Shown here piece after piece: positions 17,473 to 27,886 of a DNA stretch of 64,000 nucleotides. Below the pieces are notes generated by a model. It searched no databases. It was not told where the DNA came from and saw only the letters and a list, made by a program, of their open reading frames with translations. Source of the DNA: an uncultured virus (IMG/VR IMGVR_UViG_3300025018_000159) (taxonomy: Duplodnaviria; Heunggongvirae; Uroviricota; Caudoviricetes); the IMG/VR virus record IMGVR_UViG_3300025018_000159. One strand, 5' to 3'. Made by a program: the position numbers and the translations under genes. Numbering within the stretch: the first letter of the stretch is position 1; the number at the start of each line of letters is the position of its first letter.

Positions 17473-17586
17473 CATTCTAGGTTTGGTAAAGTTATCTATA
17501 GCCCGGTTCCGACGCGACGAGTTGTGGTCTGGAAAAACCCAGCGGGTTTTTGTTCATCCCTTTGAAATTGCAGTTGCGTCGGAGCC
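17469..17586 (+). promoter_or_regulatory. Promoter plus structured leader upstream of the terminase operon
   Basis: TTGACA...TATCTA, then a 14-bp stem GGTTCCGACGCGAC/GTTGCGTCGGAGCC (17505-17586) enclosing AAAAACCC-AGC-GGGTTTTT. Confidence 0.55.
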
Positions 17587-17613
17587 TTAATATACAAACT
17601 AACAAACAAACCA

Positions 17614-17901
17614 ATGAGTGAACATAACCAAGAAAAAGAGCCTTCAGCCAGCGACTACAAGTTTTACCTGAAGAACGACGACAAGACCCTCACCGAACTG
17701 GAGCAGTTCAAGGAGAAGGGCAACGAAATTTTCTTCGTTGTGAAGGAGCCAAAAGAGCTGGTGGAAATCATCCTCAAAGGCAAGAAAATAACCGTCGATC
17801 TTTATCAGCTTCGCAAGGAGCTGGCGCAGCCTATTGATGGCGTATCCGCTTCCGAAATCATCCGTATCGCAGAGCTGGCCAAGGCTCCTGTCGAATCCTG
17901 A
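17614..17901 (+). CDS. Hypothetical protein
   Basis: 95 aa; TGATG-coupled to the terminase. Confidence 0.7.
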   Translation: MSEHNQEKEPSASDYKFYLKNDDKTLTELEQFKEKGNEIFFVVKEPKELVEIILKGKKITVDLYQLRKELAQPIDGVSASEIIRIAELAKAPVES

Positions 17902-19916
17902 TGGAAGATCTGAGGTCAGATCCATTCCAGGGTATCGTCCTTAACCACGATAGGTTGGACTGGGACGACCCTGAACTGGATGCTGACTCCATCACAGAGG
18001 CACTGATCGGAAGTGACCCTTACGAGTATTGGGATCTTGATGAATACTCCGAGCTGAAGCCATGGGAGGTTGAGCGGAAAATCCTGTTCGAGGCCAAGCG
18101 GCCAAACTGGGGAGGGACGAGCCTGCACGGCAAGCCCTACTACCAGCACATGCTAACGCTGATAAAGCTTCTTTTTCCAGACACAGACATAACACCGTCA
18201 CTAGCTGATGCTGTTATGTTTTTTTGTATCGGGATAGGCGGAGCTAACAGGAAAATACTTAACCTTATCGGTAGCGCTAACAGCGGCAAGTCAGCCTCCG
18301 GGTGCCGGATTGCATTCGCCATCATGTATGTTGATCCGGAATATACTGTGGTCTATGTCGCCAACCCGTTCGACTCCGCATCCGATTCCACAGTATGGGG
18401 CGACATCGAAGAGCTGTGGGATCAACTCTGCGAGGCTCACCCGAACAACACAGGCGAGGGGTTTCCGGAATCCTCCTCCCTTTTCCCGTGGGGGAGGAAG
18501 TATGCCAACCGGATGCTTGAGTTCGTCCCGAACATCCCCAAGGCCGCTCGCATCGAACTCCGCAACACCAAGCACGTCGGAAAATACAAGGGGTCGAAAA
18601 CGCGGGGCAAAGACGTTGACCGGGGTGTAATGCTCATTGTGGTTGACGAGGTGAACGAGATCGAAAACCTCGCCTTCCTGACCACACTGGCGAACATTTC
18701 CCAGCAGGACGCATTTTTCGCCATCACATCCCAGAACTTCAAAAACGAGGAAGACATGGGCGGTCGTCTGGCCGAACCACGGTCAACCTTTGGCGGGCCG
18801 GACTCCTACGAACTCCTCAACATCGAAACGGACGTGTGGTGGCACAGCGCAGTGTCCTCGGTGACGCTTCGCTTCGACGGCCACAAGTCTCCCAACATCC
18901 TCTCGGGTAGGACGATCTACAAGAAGCTCTTCAAGCTGGAGAACCTTCAGCAGATGAAGGACGACTATGGTGAGGCCAGTCCGGCCTATTTCTCACAGGT
19001 GCGCTCCTTCCCCGCCAGGAACGACGAAACCAACTCCGTGCTCTCACGGGCAAAGATCTCTTCCTCGCGCCACAAAGATCCGTTTTTCACAATCCTCCAG
19101 CTCACAGGGTCGGTGGCATTCTGTGACCCGGCGTTCGGCGGCAGGGACAAGGCTGTGTGGGGCTACGCGATTTTCGGCACGGCGAAGGTCACAGACGCCG
19201 AAGGGAACGAAGTGATCCAGGAGATCATCATTTTCAAGGACAGCTTCCGGGTTGTGAAGCTCACCAAGGATGCCACCTACAATGAGTGGTGGTTCGACAG
19301 GTTACGAGCTGCTGGAATCCCTACGGCTGAGTTTACCAAGGACGGTATTGTATCACCTGAGGATCAGATAGCCATACAGTGCTTTGAGTGGAACAAGGAA
19401 GCCGGGATCTCCCCTAACAGCTTCGGTTACGACTTCTCCATGCGCCCGGACATTGTATCGTCGATGAACAAGGTTCTCGGGTTCTCATCCCACGCCTTCA
19501 ACTATAACCTTGAGCCTGAGGGGCTGATGATTCAGAACATTAAGAAGAACAGTAAAGATTGCTGTAAAAATAGAAGCACTGAACTGGCTTTTCTTGCTTC
19601 GGATGTATTCCTTACCAAACAGGTTCGTGGAGGAAACCACATCGAGACGGCAATCACCCAGTTGAGCAGGACGCTATACGAGACGGTAAACAAAAAGTTT
19701 ATATCGGAAGGTAAGAAGGAATATAAGGCACGCTGGCAACAGGTATCGCCCGACCACCGGGACGTGCTCATGGGAATCGTCGGCATGGCGCACCGCAGGG
19801 GGTTCCGTCAACAGGCTGTGGTCTCAGGCGGGAAGCGCGGCAGCACAGCGTGGGAGATCATCTCGAAACGCGGCATTGGAAAACGAAAAATAGGGAAACA
19901 TCTTCATGGCGTGTAG
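17901..19916 (+). CDS. terL: Terminase large subunit
   Basis: Walker A GSANSGKS, Walker B IVVDE, nuclease motifs FCDPAFGGRD and SPDHRD; lies upstream of the portal. Confidence 0.85.
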   Translation: MEDLRSDPFQGIVLNHDRLDWDDPELDADSITEALIGSDPYEYWDLDEYSELKPWEVERKILFEAKRPNWGGTSLHGKPYYQHMLTLIKLLFPDTDITPSLADAVMFFCIGIGGANRKILNLIGSANSGKSASGCRIAFAIMYVDPEYTVVYVANPFDSASDSTVWGDIEELWDQLCEAHPNNTGEGFPESSSLFPWGRKYANRMLEFVPNIPKAARIELRNTKHVGKYKGSKTRGKDVDRGVMLIVVDEVNEIENLAFLTTLANISQQDAFFAITSQNFKNEEDMGGRLAEPRSTFGGPDSYELLNIETDVWWHSAVSSVTLRFDGHKSPNILSGRTIYKKLFKLENLQQMKDDYGEASPAYFSQVRSFPARNDETNSVLSRAKISSSRHKDPFFTILQLTGSVAFCDPAFGGRDKAVWGYAIFGTAKVTDAEGNEVIQEIIIFKDSFRVVKLTKDATYNEWWFDRLRAAGIPTAEFTKDGIVSPEDQIAIQCFEWNKEAGISPNSFGYDFSMRPDIVSSMNKVLGFSSHAFNYNLEPEGLMIQNIKKNSKDCCKNRSTELAFLASDVFLTKQVRGGNHIETAITQLSRTLYETVNKKFISEGKKEYKARWQQVSPDHRDVLMGIVGMAHRRGFRQQAVVSGGKRGSTAWEIISKRGIGKRKIGKHLHGV

Positions 19917-20622
19917 CAGTTGCAAAAAAGTTGTCGAGTTCGGTCGCTCCGGTTTGGAATACGTCCGCTCCGATAGGAAGATCTCCGACCGTTACGGGAA
20001 GTTGATCCCTCAAGCCGGATCTGTGGTCAAGAAGATCCATAGCCCAACTGGCGGCTGGGGCGTAAACTTTTTTGTAAACGACATCCGCGTGACTTTTGAC
20101 GGCGGAGATCCCCTTACGATTTTCAACAAGGTCTCGGAAAACTTTCGCCTGAACGGGGTTTCCTACACCGACAAGGATCTGTGGTTCAACCTCAATCTCC
20201 AGTGGCTCCAGCGCCAGCCCGCGAAGTATCGGGTGGTGGGTTACGAGGAGTTCCTCACCCTCGCTGATTCCTCCGACTTCACCGATCCCGCAGACAGCCA
20301 CGCCAAGGCGTTGTGGCATCCGGAAGACTGGCAGGAGACCGCTTTTTCCTTCCTGGCGCTGTATCTGTCTTCTCCCGACTATAGATACCCGGATTTTATT
20401 GTCCTTGTCGATCACCTATTGTCCATGTATAACCCTACGAAATCCCCGCTCACCGGGTCTTCGTCCAAATACATAAGTTTCATGTCAACTGTCAAAAAGC
20501 TAAAGGATGACCCCCAGTATGAAGTTACGGGGGCACGTCAGTGGCTATACTCAGCTTACACAGCTACTGTAGACAGTAAGAAGGAAGAAAGCGCATACTT
20601 TAATGAAAACCACTGGCTATGA
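19906..20622 (+). CDS. Hypothetical protein with N-terminal CxxC
   Basis: 238-aa ORF overlapping terL and the portal gene. Confidence 0.75.
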   Translation: MACSSCKKVVEFGRSGLEYVRSDRKISDRYGKLIPQAGSVVKKIHSPTGGWGVNFFVNDIRVTFDGGDPLTIFNKVSENFRLNGVSYTDKDLWFNLNLQWLQRQPAKYRVVGYEEFLTLADSSDFTDPADSHAKALWHPEDWQETAFSFLALYLSSPDYRYPDFIVLVDHLLSMYNPTKSPLTGSSSKYISFMSTVKKLKDDPQYEVTGARQWLYSAYTATVDSKKEESAYFNENHWL

Positions 20623-22892
20623 AGTTTGAATCCGAGTATTTTGAGGACGCACAGGATCTTGTTTACGCCAAGGATCAGGCGTGGGAGAATGTTAAGAGCC
20701 GACGAGATAGGTTGAAAACTGTTCGTGAGTTTACGAACATGATTAACACCATGTCCGAGAAAGAGGCTGAGGAGAGCAACCGCACGGAGATCACAAACCA
20801 CGGACTCACCCATCGTGACATGCTCACAAACGAATCCCAGTTCACTTCAATGGTGACTGTCACCAACGCTCTCCTGGAAGTCATTGTGGACACCGACAAC
20901 CCGGAACAGGATCTCGTGACCGGGCAGCGCATTAGCCAAGCGATCAACCGCATGGTCATCCACAGCAAAAACAGGTTTGCCTCTTTCTGGCGAAAGGTTG
21001 CCGGGGAGATTGTCATTGCCGGAGGTGGGCCTGTGGTGTTCCCGGAGGTTTACGGGTGGCTTCCGAAACTCTGCCCGGACATGCTTTTCCCGCCCGATGC
21101 GGAACTGGATTCCGATATGATCCCTTACGCCTTCGATCCGAAGGAGCTGGAAGTTTCCGATCTCCGCAAGCTCGCCAAATCCGTCAAAGGTGAGAAGGGT
21201 TCGTTTGTGGACGTTGAGAAAATCAACGCCATGCTCGACTACCTGAAGGAGGCGATCAGAAATCAGATCGACACCACATTCTCCACCGACGAAGAACACT
21301 CGATGTCTGTGCGCCACCTAAACGCAGAGAAGAAAATTTCCATCCCGGCCTCGTGGTTTTACGAAGTCAAGCAAAGGGAAGATGGTAGTTCGTATGTTAG
21401 CGCCACACTCTTTACCGAAACTGTCACCGGGATTGTCTGGAGCAAAAAAGATCTCGGCGCTGCCCAGATCATAGCCTACCGTGAGGAAGCCTATAAGGAC
21501 GCCGCTGAGTGGCTTCACTTTGTGGCTGTGGATAGTGAGGTTGGCGGTGTCAAGAATATCAGCACCCTCCGTGGTGTTGCTGAGATGTCCTACCCTTCCG
21601 GGCTTGACATGGAAGAGCTTTTGAACCTGACAATGGAAGGCGACAAGATCCGCGCCAAGCCTAAGGTTCGCATGACGGAAACTGCTGACGCTGATGTCGT
21701 CACACAGTGGAGCATCATCGACGACGCCTTCGTTCCTCCAGGACTCGAAGAGTTCGAGTTCAAGGGCAACTCACGCGGATTGATGACCCCCTTCTCGATG
21801 CTTTCCCAAAACTCAGCCGGGATGACCGGAGGTGCGGTGGCGAACACGGCGGATGGGGGTGAACTTCGCCAGCAAGCGGTGGAACGCCAGCGTAACAGCT
21901 CGATGCTTCAGTCCAACCGGGTATCGGAAGCTTACAACCACATGGAGTCAATCCTGGAGACTGTGGTGTGGCGTCTTCTGGCCGGGGAGACTAAACCGGG
22001 CGTTGAAGGCTACATGGAGACGATGGCTGTCCGCGCCTTCCTGAAGAAATACGACATTGATTTCAAGAAGCTGGCTGAAAAGGAATACGGCAAGTTCAAG
22101 TATATCCGTATCCGGGCGAAGCGTTCCATTGCCAACGGCGACAGGCAGCAGCAGGTTGAAACTGCTGACTGGTTGATGAACAACCTCCCAAACCTGGAAC
22201 CGCTTTCGCGCCCCCTGGCCATCTACACCTCACTCGTGCTCCGTCTCCAAGATCCGGATCTCGCTGAAGCCCTTATCAAGCTTCCCAAGGCTGTGGTCAA
22301 CGCACAGAAGATCACCGCAGAGAACGAATACGACACCATCTCCCGCCGTGCCGCCCTCGGCCAGATTCTACCTGTGGCTCAGGACGACATTCACCAGGAT
22401 CACATCCCTGTCCACATGCTCGACATGCAGGCACACGTCGCCGCCCACGCCATGCGCCCGTGGGACATGAAGGACGTGCTCTCTTTCGCGGGTATGGTCA
22501 AGCACGTCGGGGAGCACTTCACCATCCTCCTATCCAACCCGGCCACAAACCCGGAGGCGAAGGTGTTGCTCCAGGACTACCAGAACATCACGCAGTCCGC
22601 GCAGGCGATCATCCGGGAGGTTGAGGAAACCCAACAGCAGCAGGACGCTGCCCAGCAGGCACTAACCCCCAAGGAAAAGATCGACGCAGAACTCAAGGCT
22701 GAGGCTCTTCGCCTCAAGGCGCTCGACATGGGCGTCAAGGTTCAGACTCTCGAAGCCCTGAAAGAGGATCGCGACCGTCGCCATGACAGTTCGGAGCGCG
22801 GGCAGTATGTCAAGGAGATCAACGAGCAGAAACGTCTCGATCTTGATCGGCTAAGAATTGAGAAAGAAAAAGAACAGAAGAAAAAACAATGA
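20619..22892 (+). CDS. Portal protein
   Basis: 757 aa, helical, between terminase and scaffold, with a long Q/E/K-rich C-terminal tail and a DIHQDHIPVH motif. Confidence 0.75.
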   Translation: MKFESEYFEDAQDLVYAKDQAWENVKSRRDRLKTVREFTNMINTMSEKEAEESNRTEITNHGLTHRDMLTNESQFTSMVTVTNALLEVIVDTDNPEQDLVTGQRISQAINRMVIHSKNRFASFWRKVAGEIVIAGGGPVVFPEVYGWLPKLCPDMLFPPDAELDSDMIPYAFDPKELEVSDLRKLAKSVKGEKGSFVDVEKINAMLDYLKEAIRNQIDTTFSTDEEHSMSVRHLNAEKKISIPASWFYEVKQREDGSSYVSATLFTETVTGIVWSKKDLGAAQIIAYREEAYKDAAEWLHFVAVDSEVGGVKNISTLRGVAEMSYPSGLDMEELLNLTMEGDKIRAKPKVRMTETADADVVTQWSIIDDAFVPPGLEEFEFKGNSRGLMTPFSMLSQNSAGMTGGAVANTADGGELRQQAVERQRNSSMLQSNRVSEAYNHMESILETVVWRLLAGETKPGVEGYMETMAVRAFLKKYDIDFKKLAEKEYGKFKYIRIRAKRSIANGDRQQQVETADWLMNNLPNLEPLSRPLAIYTSLVLRLQDPDLAEALIKLPKAVVNAQKITAENEYDTISRRAALGQILPVAQDDIHQDHIPVHMLDMQAHVAAHAMRPWDMKDVLSFAGMVKHVGEHFTILLSNPATNPEAKVLLQDYQNITQSAQAIIREVEETQQQQDAAQQALTPKEKIDAELKAEALRLKALDMGVKVQTLEALKEDRDRRHDSSERGQYVKEINEQKRLDLDRLRIEKEKEQKKKQ

Positions 22893-23128
22893 GCAGCCTA
22901 TCCATACACAAAACGATTGCAGCAGAAATACTGCTGAAGGATGATACTATCTGCAAGGCTATTTTCCAGTCCAAGGATTCTTTTGAAGCGGTGATTACCC
23001 AGCTTCAGCGCGATGTCGTGAACGAAGGCAACGCTGCCGACATTGGACACACGATCCTGGCGATCAAAATGATCTCCGACGCCATCCTCGTCTACGCAGC
23101 ACGCGGGGCAACACTCTCACAAAAATAA
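22889..23128 (+). CDS. Small hypothetical protein
   Basis: 79 aa between portal and scaffold. Confidence 0.7.
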   Translation: MSSLSIHKTIAAEILLKDDTICKAIFQSKDSFEAVITQLQRDVVNEGNAADIGHTILAIKMISDAILVYAARGATLSQK

Positions 23129-23138
23129 AAACAAAAAT

Positions 23139-24464
23139 ATGCCACAGGAAGAACAAACGCAGGATCTCGATATTATCGCAGATGAAAAGTCCGAAAGTAT
23201 CCTTGACAACCTTTTCGGGGTAGCCCCTGAGGAGAAAGTTGTCGCAGAGGAAAAAATCGCAGAGGAAGTCGAGGAGGTTGAAGAGACTGAGGAAGTCGAA
23301 GAGGCTGAAGACGAGTCTGAGGAGACGGAGGAGACTGACTACGACGATGAAAAAGAGGAGGAAACTGAAGAAGAGGAAGAAGAGACCCTCGACGAAAGTG
23401 CCGCCCAGAAGCGTGCCAAGGAGGAGGGTCGCAAGGCCAAGCGCTTGGAAACGGAACTGACCGAAAGAAACCTGGAGCTGGCACGCATCAAGGAAGAGGC
23501 AAAACGCGACAAGGAAGAGCTGGAACAGCTCAAGGCTGTCCGCGTCGATCCACGCGACAATCCGGAATATAAGAAGAACTACGACACCATCACACAGGAC
23601 ACCGCCGCCACCTCCCTCCGGCTGAAGGGCAAGGCGCGTGAAATTCTTCCTACCAAGTTCGGGGAGCTGATGACGGACTACCTCGGTCTCCGGGCGCTCG
23701 ACCACAAGGAGATGCTTGTGGCGGACAGTAACCTTCGCCGCAAGATCATCGAAGACCTCGAACTCAGCGAAGTCCCTTACGAGGATCTTGAAGCTGAAGA
23801 GATTGACGCATTCACTCCGAATGTAGAGCGTGTGCTTGACCTTCTTGACAGGAATGCGAACAAGACGGTTGATCTGATGCGACTCCACGACGACCTCACC
23901 AAGAAGTCGAAGACGGGCAAGCTGGCTGTGGACATCTACAGCTATGAGGCGTCGGTCAAGGAACTCTCTCCTGTTCTTGAATCCATAGGCAACATGACGG
24001 ACGACCTGATTGCGGAGAACCCGCATTCCATCGAATCCACCGTGGCCAGCCTTGCCAAGACAGAGGAAGGCAAGAAGAAGCTCGAAGCTGCCAAAGCAGA
24101 CATCCTTGAGGTGGTTCTTGGCCCACGTGCCCTCACCCAGAAGGAGATCGACACCCTGGAAGAACAAGGTGTGGATCTGAAGACTTTCTACGCAGAGCGC
24201 AAGAAGCGTGCCACCGAAAAGCGCAAGAAGCTTCTGCCTCTTTTGGTGCAGGGTCTTGTAGCTCGATCAAAGTTTAAGTCTGCTCTTGAAAAAGCAGGTA
24301 AAGTTTCCACTAAGGAAGATACTGAGGACTCGGAACTCGACGCTCTCCTCAAGACAAAGAAGAAACAAGGCACCGGGAAAAAGAAGGAAGTGCCTATTCC
24401 GGCCAGCAAGCGGAATGTGCTTGCCAAGCTGTTCCCGGACAGCGATTACGAGGACGATTTTTAA
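23139..24464 (+). CDS. Capsid scaffolding protein
   Basis: Very acidic N-terminus and coiled coils; immediately upstream of the major capsid gene. Confidence 0.7.
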   Translation: MPQEEQTQDLDIIADEKSESILDNLFGVAPEEKVVAEEKIAEEVEEVEETEEVEEAEDESEETEETDYDDEKEEETEEEEEETLDESAAQKRAKEEGRKAKRLETELTERNLELARIKEEAKRDKEELEQLKAVRVDPRDNPEYKKNYDTITQDTAATSLRLKGKAREILPTKFGELMTDYLGLRALDHKEMLVADSNLRRKIIEDLELSEVPYEDLEAEEIDAFTPNVERVLDLLDRNANKTVDLMRLHDDLTKKSKTGKLAVDIYSYEASVKELSPVLESIGNMTDDLIAENPHSIESTVASLAKTEEGKKKLEAAKADILEVVLGPRALTQKEIDTLEEQGVDLKTFYAERKKRATEKRKKLLPLLVQGLVARSKFKSALEKAGKVSTKEDTEDSELDALLKTKKKQGTGKKKEVPIPASKRNVLAKLFPDSDYEDDF

Positions 24465-24640
24465 CCTTGACTGCGGGCTGGGTTTCTGCTTAGGTTTTTA
24501 CAGCCTAGCAGAGATCCACTCTGCGGCTGGTAACTGCATATCATAGCCTACCGGAGGACTTCGCGCCCCTTCTGATACTGTTACTGGTGATTGAAGGTGG
24601 CTCTTTAATTGACGGAATAACCAAACCACCAATTAACACC

Positions 24641-26458
24641 ATGTCAACTTCATGTAATCCAGAACAGATTGTGTCCGCTCTCCACGAGCAGACAGAAGTA
24701 ATCACGGACATCGTTCGTGAAAAAATCAGGGACTCCCAGAACTATGTTCTCGGTCGTATCCCGGACGGAGGCACCGTCAAGCGCAACGCCAATAACAGCT
24801 CCGTTATCTACGGAGAAGGTCGTCAAGCTTCGGTAGCCTATAACAGCCTCGACAACGCCAAGCGGGATTTGATCTCCGGTGGCGAGTTTACGGCACGTGC
24901 AGCCAACGGAAGTGCCAACGCACTTTTCAACAACCTTCACAATGATATTGATGACAACGCTTGTCACGGCCAGCACACCATCGACTTCTCGCAAGGTTTC
25001 CGCATCCGTGGGTTCGAGGATTTCGAACTTGCCGTTGACACCCCTATCAAGTGTTCCCGTGAGCTTGATCGCCTTGGTGAGATGCACATTCGCGGATACT
25101 TCAAGGGTATGAAGGATCAGTTCATGTCGTGGGGCATGAACAACTTCAACGACAACCTCCTGAACCTCACGATTCAGAACGGTGAAGCCAACGCTTCCGT
25201 CCTCGCTGCCGACCAGTTCAACGTCTCCACAGGCGGATGGCAGGCTCCTCCGCAGTATCGGATCACCATCCACTTCCTGAAGGACTACCGCAACCACATC
25301 CTGCGCGAAATGAAATTCCGCAACATGGAAGTCGGCGAAGACTGGCTCCTGGAAGTCGAAATGCCCCGTGAAGACTGGCGCGATGCTGTCCTCAAGGATC
25401 AGTCCGTCCGCAATCCGACTGGCACCCAATACGAGACGAAGATGTATAACGATGACCGTGGCCCGTTCAAGGGACGCGAATACGGCATCTACGACGGCAT
25501 CAAGTGCTACTTCAACGAAAGCCCTATCCGGGGTTACTTCAAGCAGAACGGCACGGTCGGCGGCAATCCATCCTACGATTTCGTCCGGGTCTACGACTGG
25601 ATCAACACGATGGGAGAAAACGGTGGTGTGGTCGTCAGTGCCAACCATCAGTATACCCGGGACTCCATCACCGTCGAAGGTGTGAAGTATCCGATGATTA
25701 CCCTCATCCCGCACATCGACCCACGCTCGTTCAAACGCTACGGTCTGATGAAGCCCATCAAGCCTGTCGGCGAAAGCAATGCCGGAGTCAACTACGAGGT
25801 CGCTGTCGTTGAGGGTGCATACCTCGACTGCAATGATTTCAAGGACAAGTTCAAGCTCGCGGCTCGCCACGAGTTCCGCTTCAAGTCCATGTATCCGGAA
25901 ATCTCCGGCTACATCGCATACCGTCACAGCCAGCTTGCTGGATACGTGCTCGAAGTCACTCCCCGTGAGTATGTCGCAGGCACTCAGAATCCTGCTGGCC
26001 CTGAGGTCTTCGAGACCACCACGCCTGACGCTTGCGAGCAGGCTGAGTGCGATGCTTGCGGCCAGGTGCCTGATGCTGACGGTCAGTGTGTCGATCCAGA
26101 GGCTGCTGAGGATTCTGTCCTCGGCCTGTCCCCTGCCGGAGCAGTTGATACGGTCTTCGAAGGTGAAGCCTACACGCTTACCCTCGCGGTCAATCGCACT
26201 GGTGACATCACCGGAGCGGCTTCGGTTACGTGGACTTCGGCTCACGTCACCACCGACGACACCGACTTCCTGGATACCACGGACACCCTTGAGTGGGCTG
26301 CCGGGGATACCGCACCGAAGTTCATCGAGATCGACATCCTTGCAACCGCCGTTGCAGCGACCGATCAGACCTTCACGGTCACACTTACCGCACCAGTCGG
26401 AGCTACGCTCAAGGCAGGCGCTAATATCACTACGGTGACATTGAAGGATCTTAGCTGA
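24641..26458 (+). CDS. Major capsid protein with C-terminal Calx-beta domain
   Basis: Start MSTSCNPE; strong codon bias, position after the scaffold, terminator downstream. C-terminus LTLAVNRTG...SVTWTS...DTLEWAAGDTAPKFIEIDI...DQTFTVTL fits the Calx-beta pattern. Confidence 0.8.
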   Translation: MSTSCNPEQIVSALHEQTEVITDIVREKIRDSQNYVLGRIPDGGTVKRNANNSSVIYGEGRQASVAYNSLDNAKRDLISGGEFTARAANGSANALFNNLHNDIDDNACHGQHTIDFSQGFRIRGFEDFELAVDTPIKCSRELDRLGEMHIRGYFKGMKDQFMSWGMNNFNDNLLNLTIQNGEANASVLAADQFNVSTGGWQAPPQYRITIHFLKDYRNHILREMKFRNMEVGEDWLLEVEMPREDWRDAVLKDQSVRNPTGTQYETKMYNDDRGPFKGREYGIYDGIKCYFNESPIRGYFKQNGTVGGNPSYDFVRVYDWINTMGENGGVVVSANHQYTRDSITVEGVKYPMITLIPHIDPRSFKRYGLMKPIKPVGESNAGVNYEVAVVEGAYLDCNDFKDKFKLAARHEFRFKSMYPEISGYIAYRHSQLAGYVLEVTPREYVAGTQNPAGPEVFETTTPDACEQAECDACGQVPDADGQCVDPEAAEDSVLGLSPAGAVDTVFEGEAYTLTLAVNRTGDITGAASVTWTSAHVTTDDTDFLDTTDTLEWAAGDTAPKFIEIDILATAVAATDQTFTVTLTAPVGATLKAGANITTVTLKDLS

Positions 26459-26466
26459 TCTAACCT

Positions 26467-26507
26467 GGTAGGGGAGGGTAACACCTCCCCTACCTACCCT
26501 TTCTTTT
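26467..26507 (+). terminator. Intrinsic terminator after the capsid gene
   Basis: GGTAGGGGAGG-GTAACA-CCTCCCCTACC followed by a pyrimidine/T tract. Confidence 0.8.
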
Positions 26508-27626
26508 ATGCAAACACTTAGTAATTTTGAAGTTGTCGGAGGTCTCCGTGTAGGAGGCACCGGGGATCAGGCGCAAGTCTCAGACCAAGTGAAGCTGTTC
26601 CTGGATCAGGAAACCGCCCCACTGTTCCCCGAGTTCATTTTTGCCACAATCCAAAATCCAATTAGCTACGATAGCTGCACCAATACCTATAGCTACGAAC
26701 TGGAGTATGACGAGGACGACCTTAACGGAGGTGCCTTGGTTCTTCTTTCCGACCACATCACCGACAGTGTGCTTGTCACCAAGTATGACGTTCTCGAAGC
26801 TTATGTGATTGAGCAGGACGGTATCTTGCAGGATAACATCGACACTGAGGAAGCTGCGAGGATAGCTGCGGATTCCGTGATTCAGGCTGATGTGGATCAG
26901 AATGAGGTTGATTCGGATGCTGCGGATGCAGTCCTCCAGAACAACATCGACGCTGAAGCCGTTGCACGTGCCGCCGCCGACCTTCTGCTTCTTCCACGCC
27001 CGATCATCCGGACTGCCCTCCAAGGTGCCCCGGAGAACGGTGTTGCTGGAACAGCTCAACAGGAGCGCCTTCTGGTTTCCGGGACGGTAACGACCGCTGG
27101 AAACGCCCTTGTGGTCATCACCTCAAGTGCTCTCGCCGGAAGCCCACGAGCCTACGCCGTCCCCGTCCTGCTTGCCGATTCCGACGCCGAGATTCTGGCT
27201 GCCGTGGTTGCGGAGCTTACGCTGGACACCGACCTGACGGATCTTTTCGCCCTACAGGCGGGTGCCGGATATTTCCAGCTTGAGGTTCTGCCAGTTCTTG
27301 GGGATTACCCCGCCAATGATGCAACTCTCCTAGTCACTATTGCTGATAGCACCTCCACAGGTGTGGACTCGGCCAACTCGACAAACCAGACTGCGGGCGT
27401 GGCAACCACGGACGGAACCGTGCCGGGTGCTGTGGGGCAGGCTTGCCACGTGGGGGATGGAACAGCCATCGACATCTACGAAGCCCTTCAGGTTGACCCG
27501 GCCTTCTGGATTCCAAAGATCATTGACAACGCCCCTGTGAGCTACAACGCCACACAATCTGTCTACCAAAAACTTGTTGCTTCCGGAGCTTCCGGTAGCG
27601 AAATCCTCACAATAACAGATCTATGA
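26508..27626 (+). CDS. Virion structural protein (fibre-like, acidic coiled-coil repeats)
   Basis: Repeats LQDNIDTEEAARIAAD and LQNNIDAEAVARAAAD. Confidence 0.7.
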   Translation: MQTLSNFEVVGGLRVGGTGDQAQVSDQVKLFLDQETAPLFPEFIFATIQNPISYDSCTNTYSYELEYDEDDLNGGALVLLSDHITDSVLVTKYDVLEAYVIEQDGILQDNIDTEEAARIAADSVIQADVDQNEVDSDAADAVLQNNIDAEAVARAAADLLLLPRPIIRTALQGAPENGVAGTAQQERLLVSGTVTTAGNALVVITSSALAGSPRAYAVPVLLADSDAEILAAVVAELTLDTDLTDLFALQAGAGYFQLEVLPVLGDYPANDATLLVTIADSTSTGVDSANSTNQTAGVATTDGTVPGAVGQACHVGDGTAIDIYEALQVDPAFWIPKIIDNAPVSYNATQSVYQKLVASGASGSEILTITDL

Positions 27627-27853
27627 TAAGTCTAGTAAACGGAAAAGGTGACGGGGTTACTGATGCTGCTGCATTTAGAACTGCCATCAACGCAGAAGTA
27701 TCAGGAGCCGCCGCAGCAGCTACAACACTAGCAGCTATACTAACGGTTCTTGGTGTGACATCCTACGCCGACAATGCTGCGGCCACAGGGGCAGTCGGAG
27801 CGGGTCGAATTTACTATGACGTGGCACTCGGATACCTCGCCATATCTGCTTGA
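27623..27853 (+). CDS. Small structural protein
   Basis: YADNAAATGAVGAGRIY motif; translationally coupled. Confidence 0.65.
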   Translation: MISLVNGKGDGVTDAAAFRTAINAEVSGAAAAATTLAAILTVLGVTSYADNAAATGAVGAGRIYYDVALGYLAISA

Positions 27854-27886
27854 CCTTTTATACAAAACCAAACTACCATCACGACC

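Noticed and set aside
24650..26560. 636-aa antisense ORF over the capsid gene (also 23064-24167, 43750-44757, 44977-45855, 46859-47590, 55096-55962)
   Set aside because: Shadow ORFs produced by codon bias on the coding strand; no recognisable motifs.
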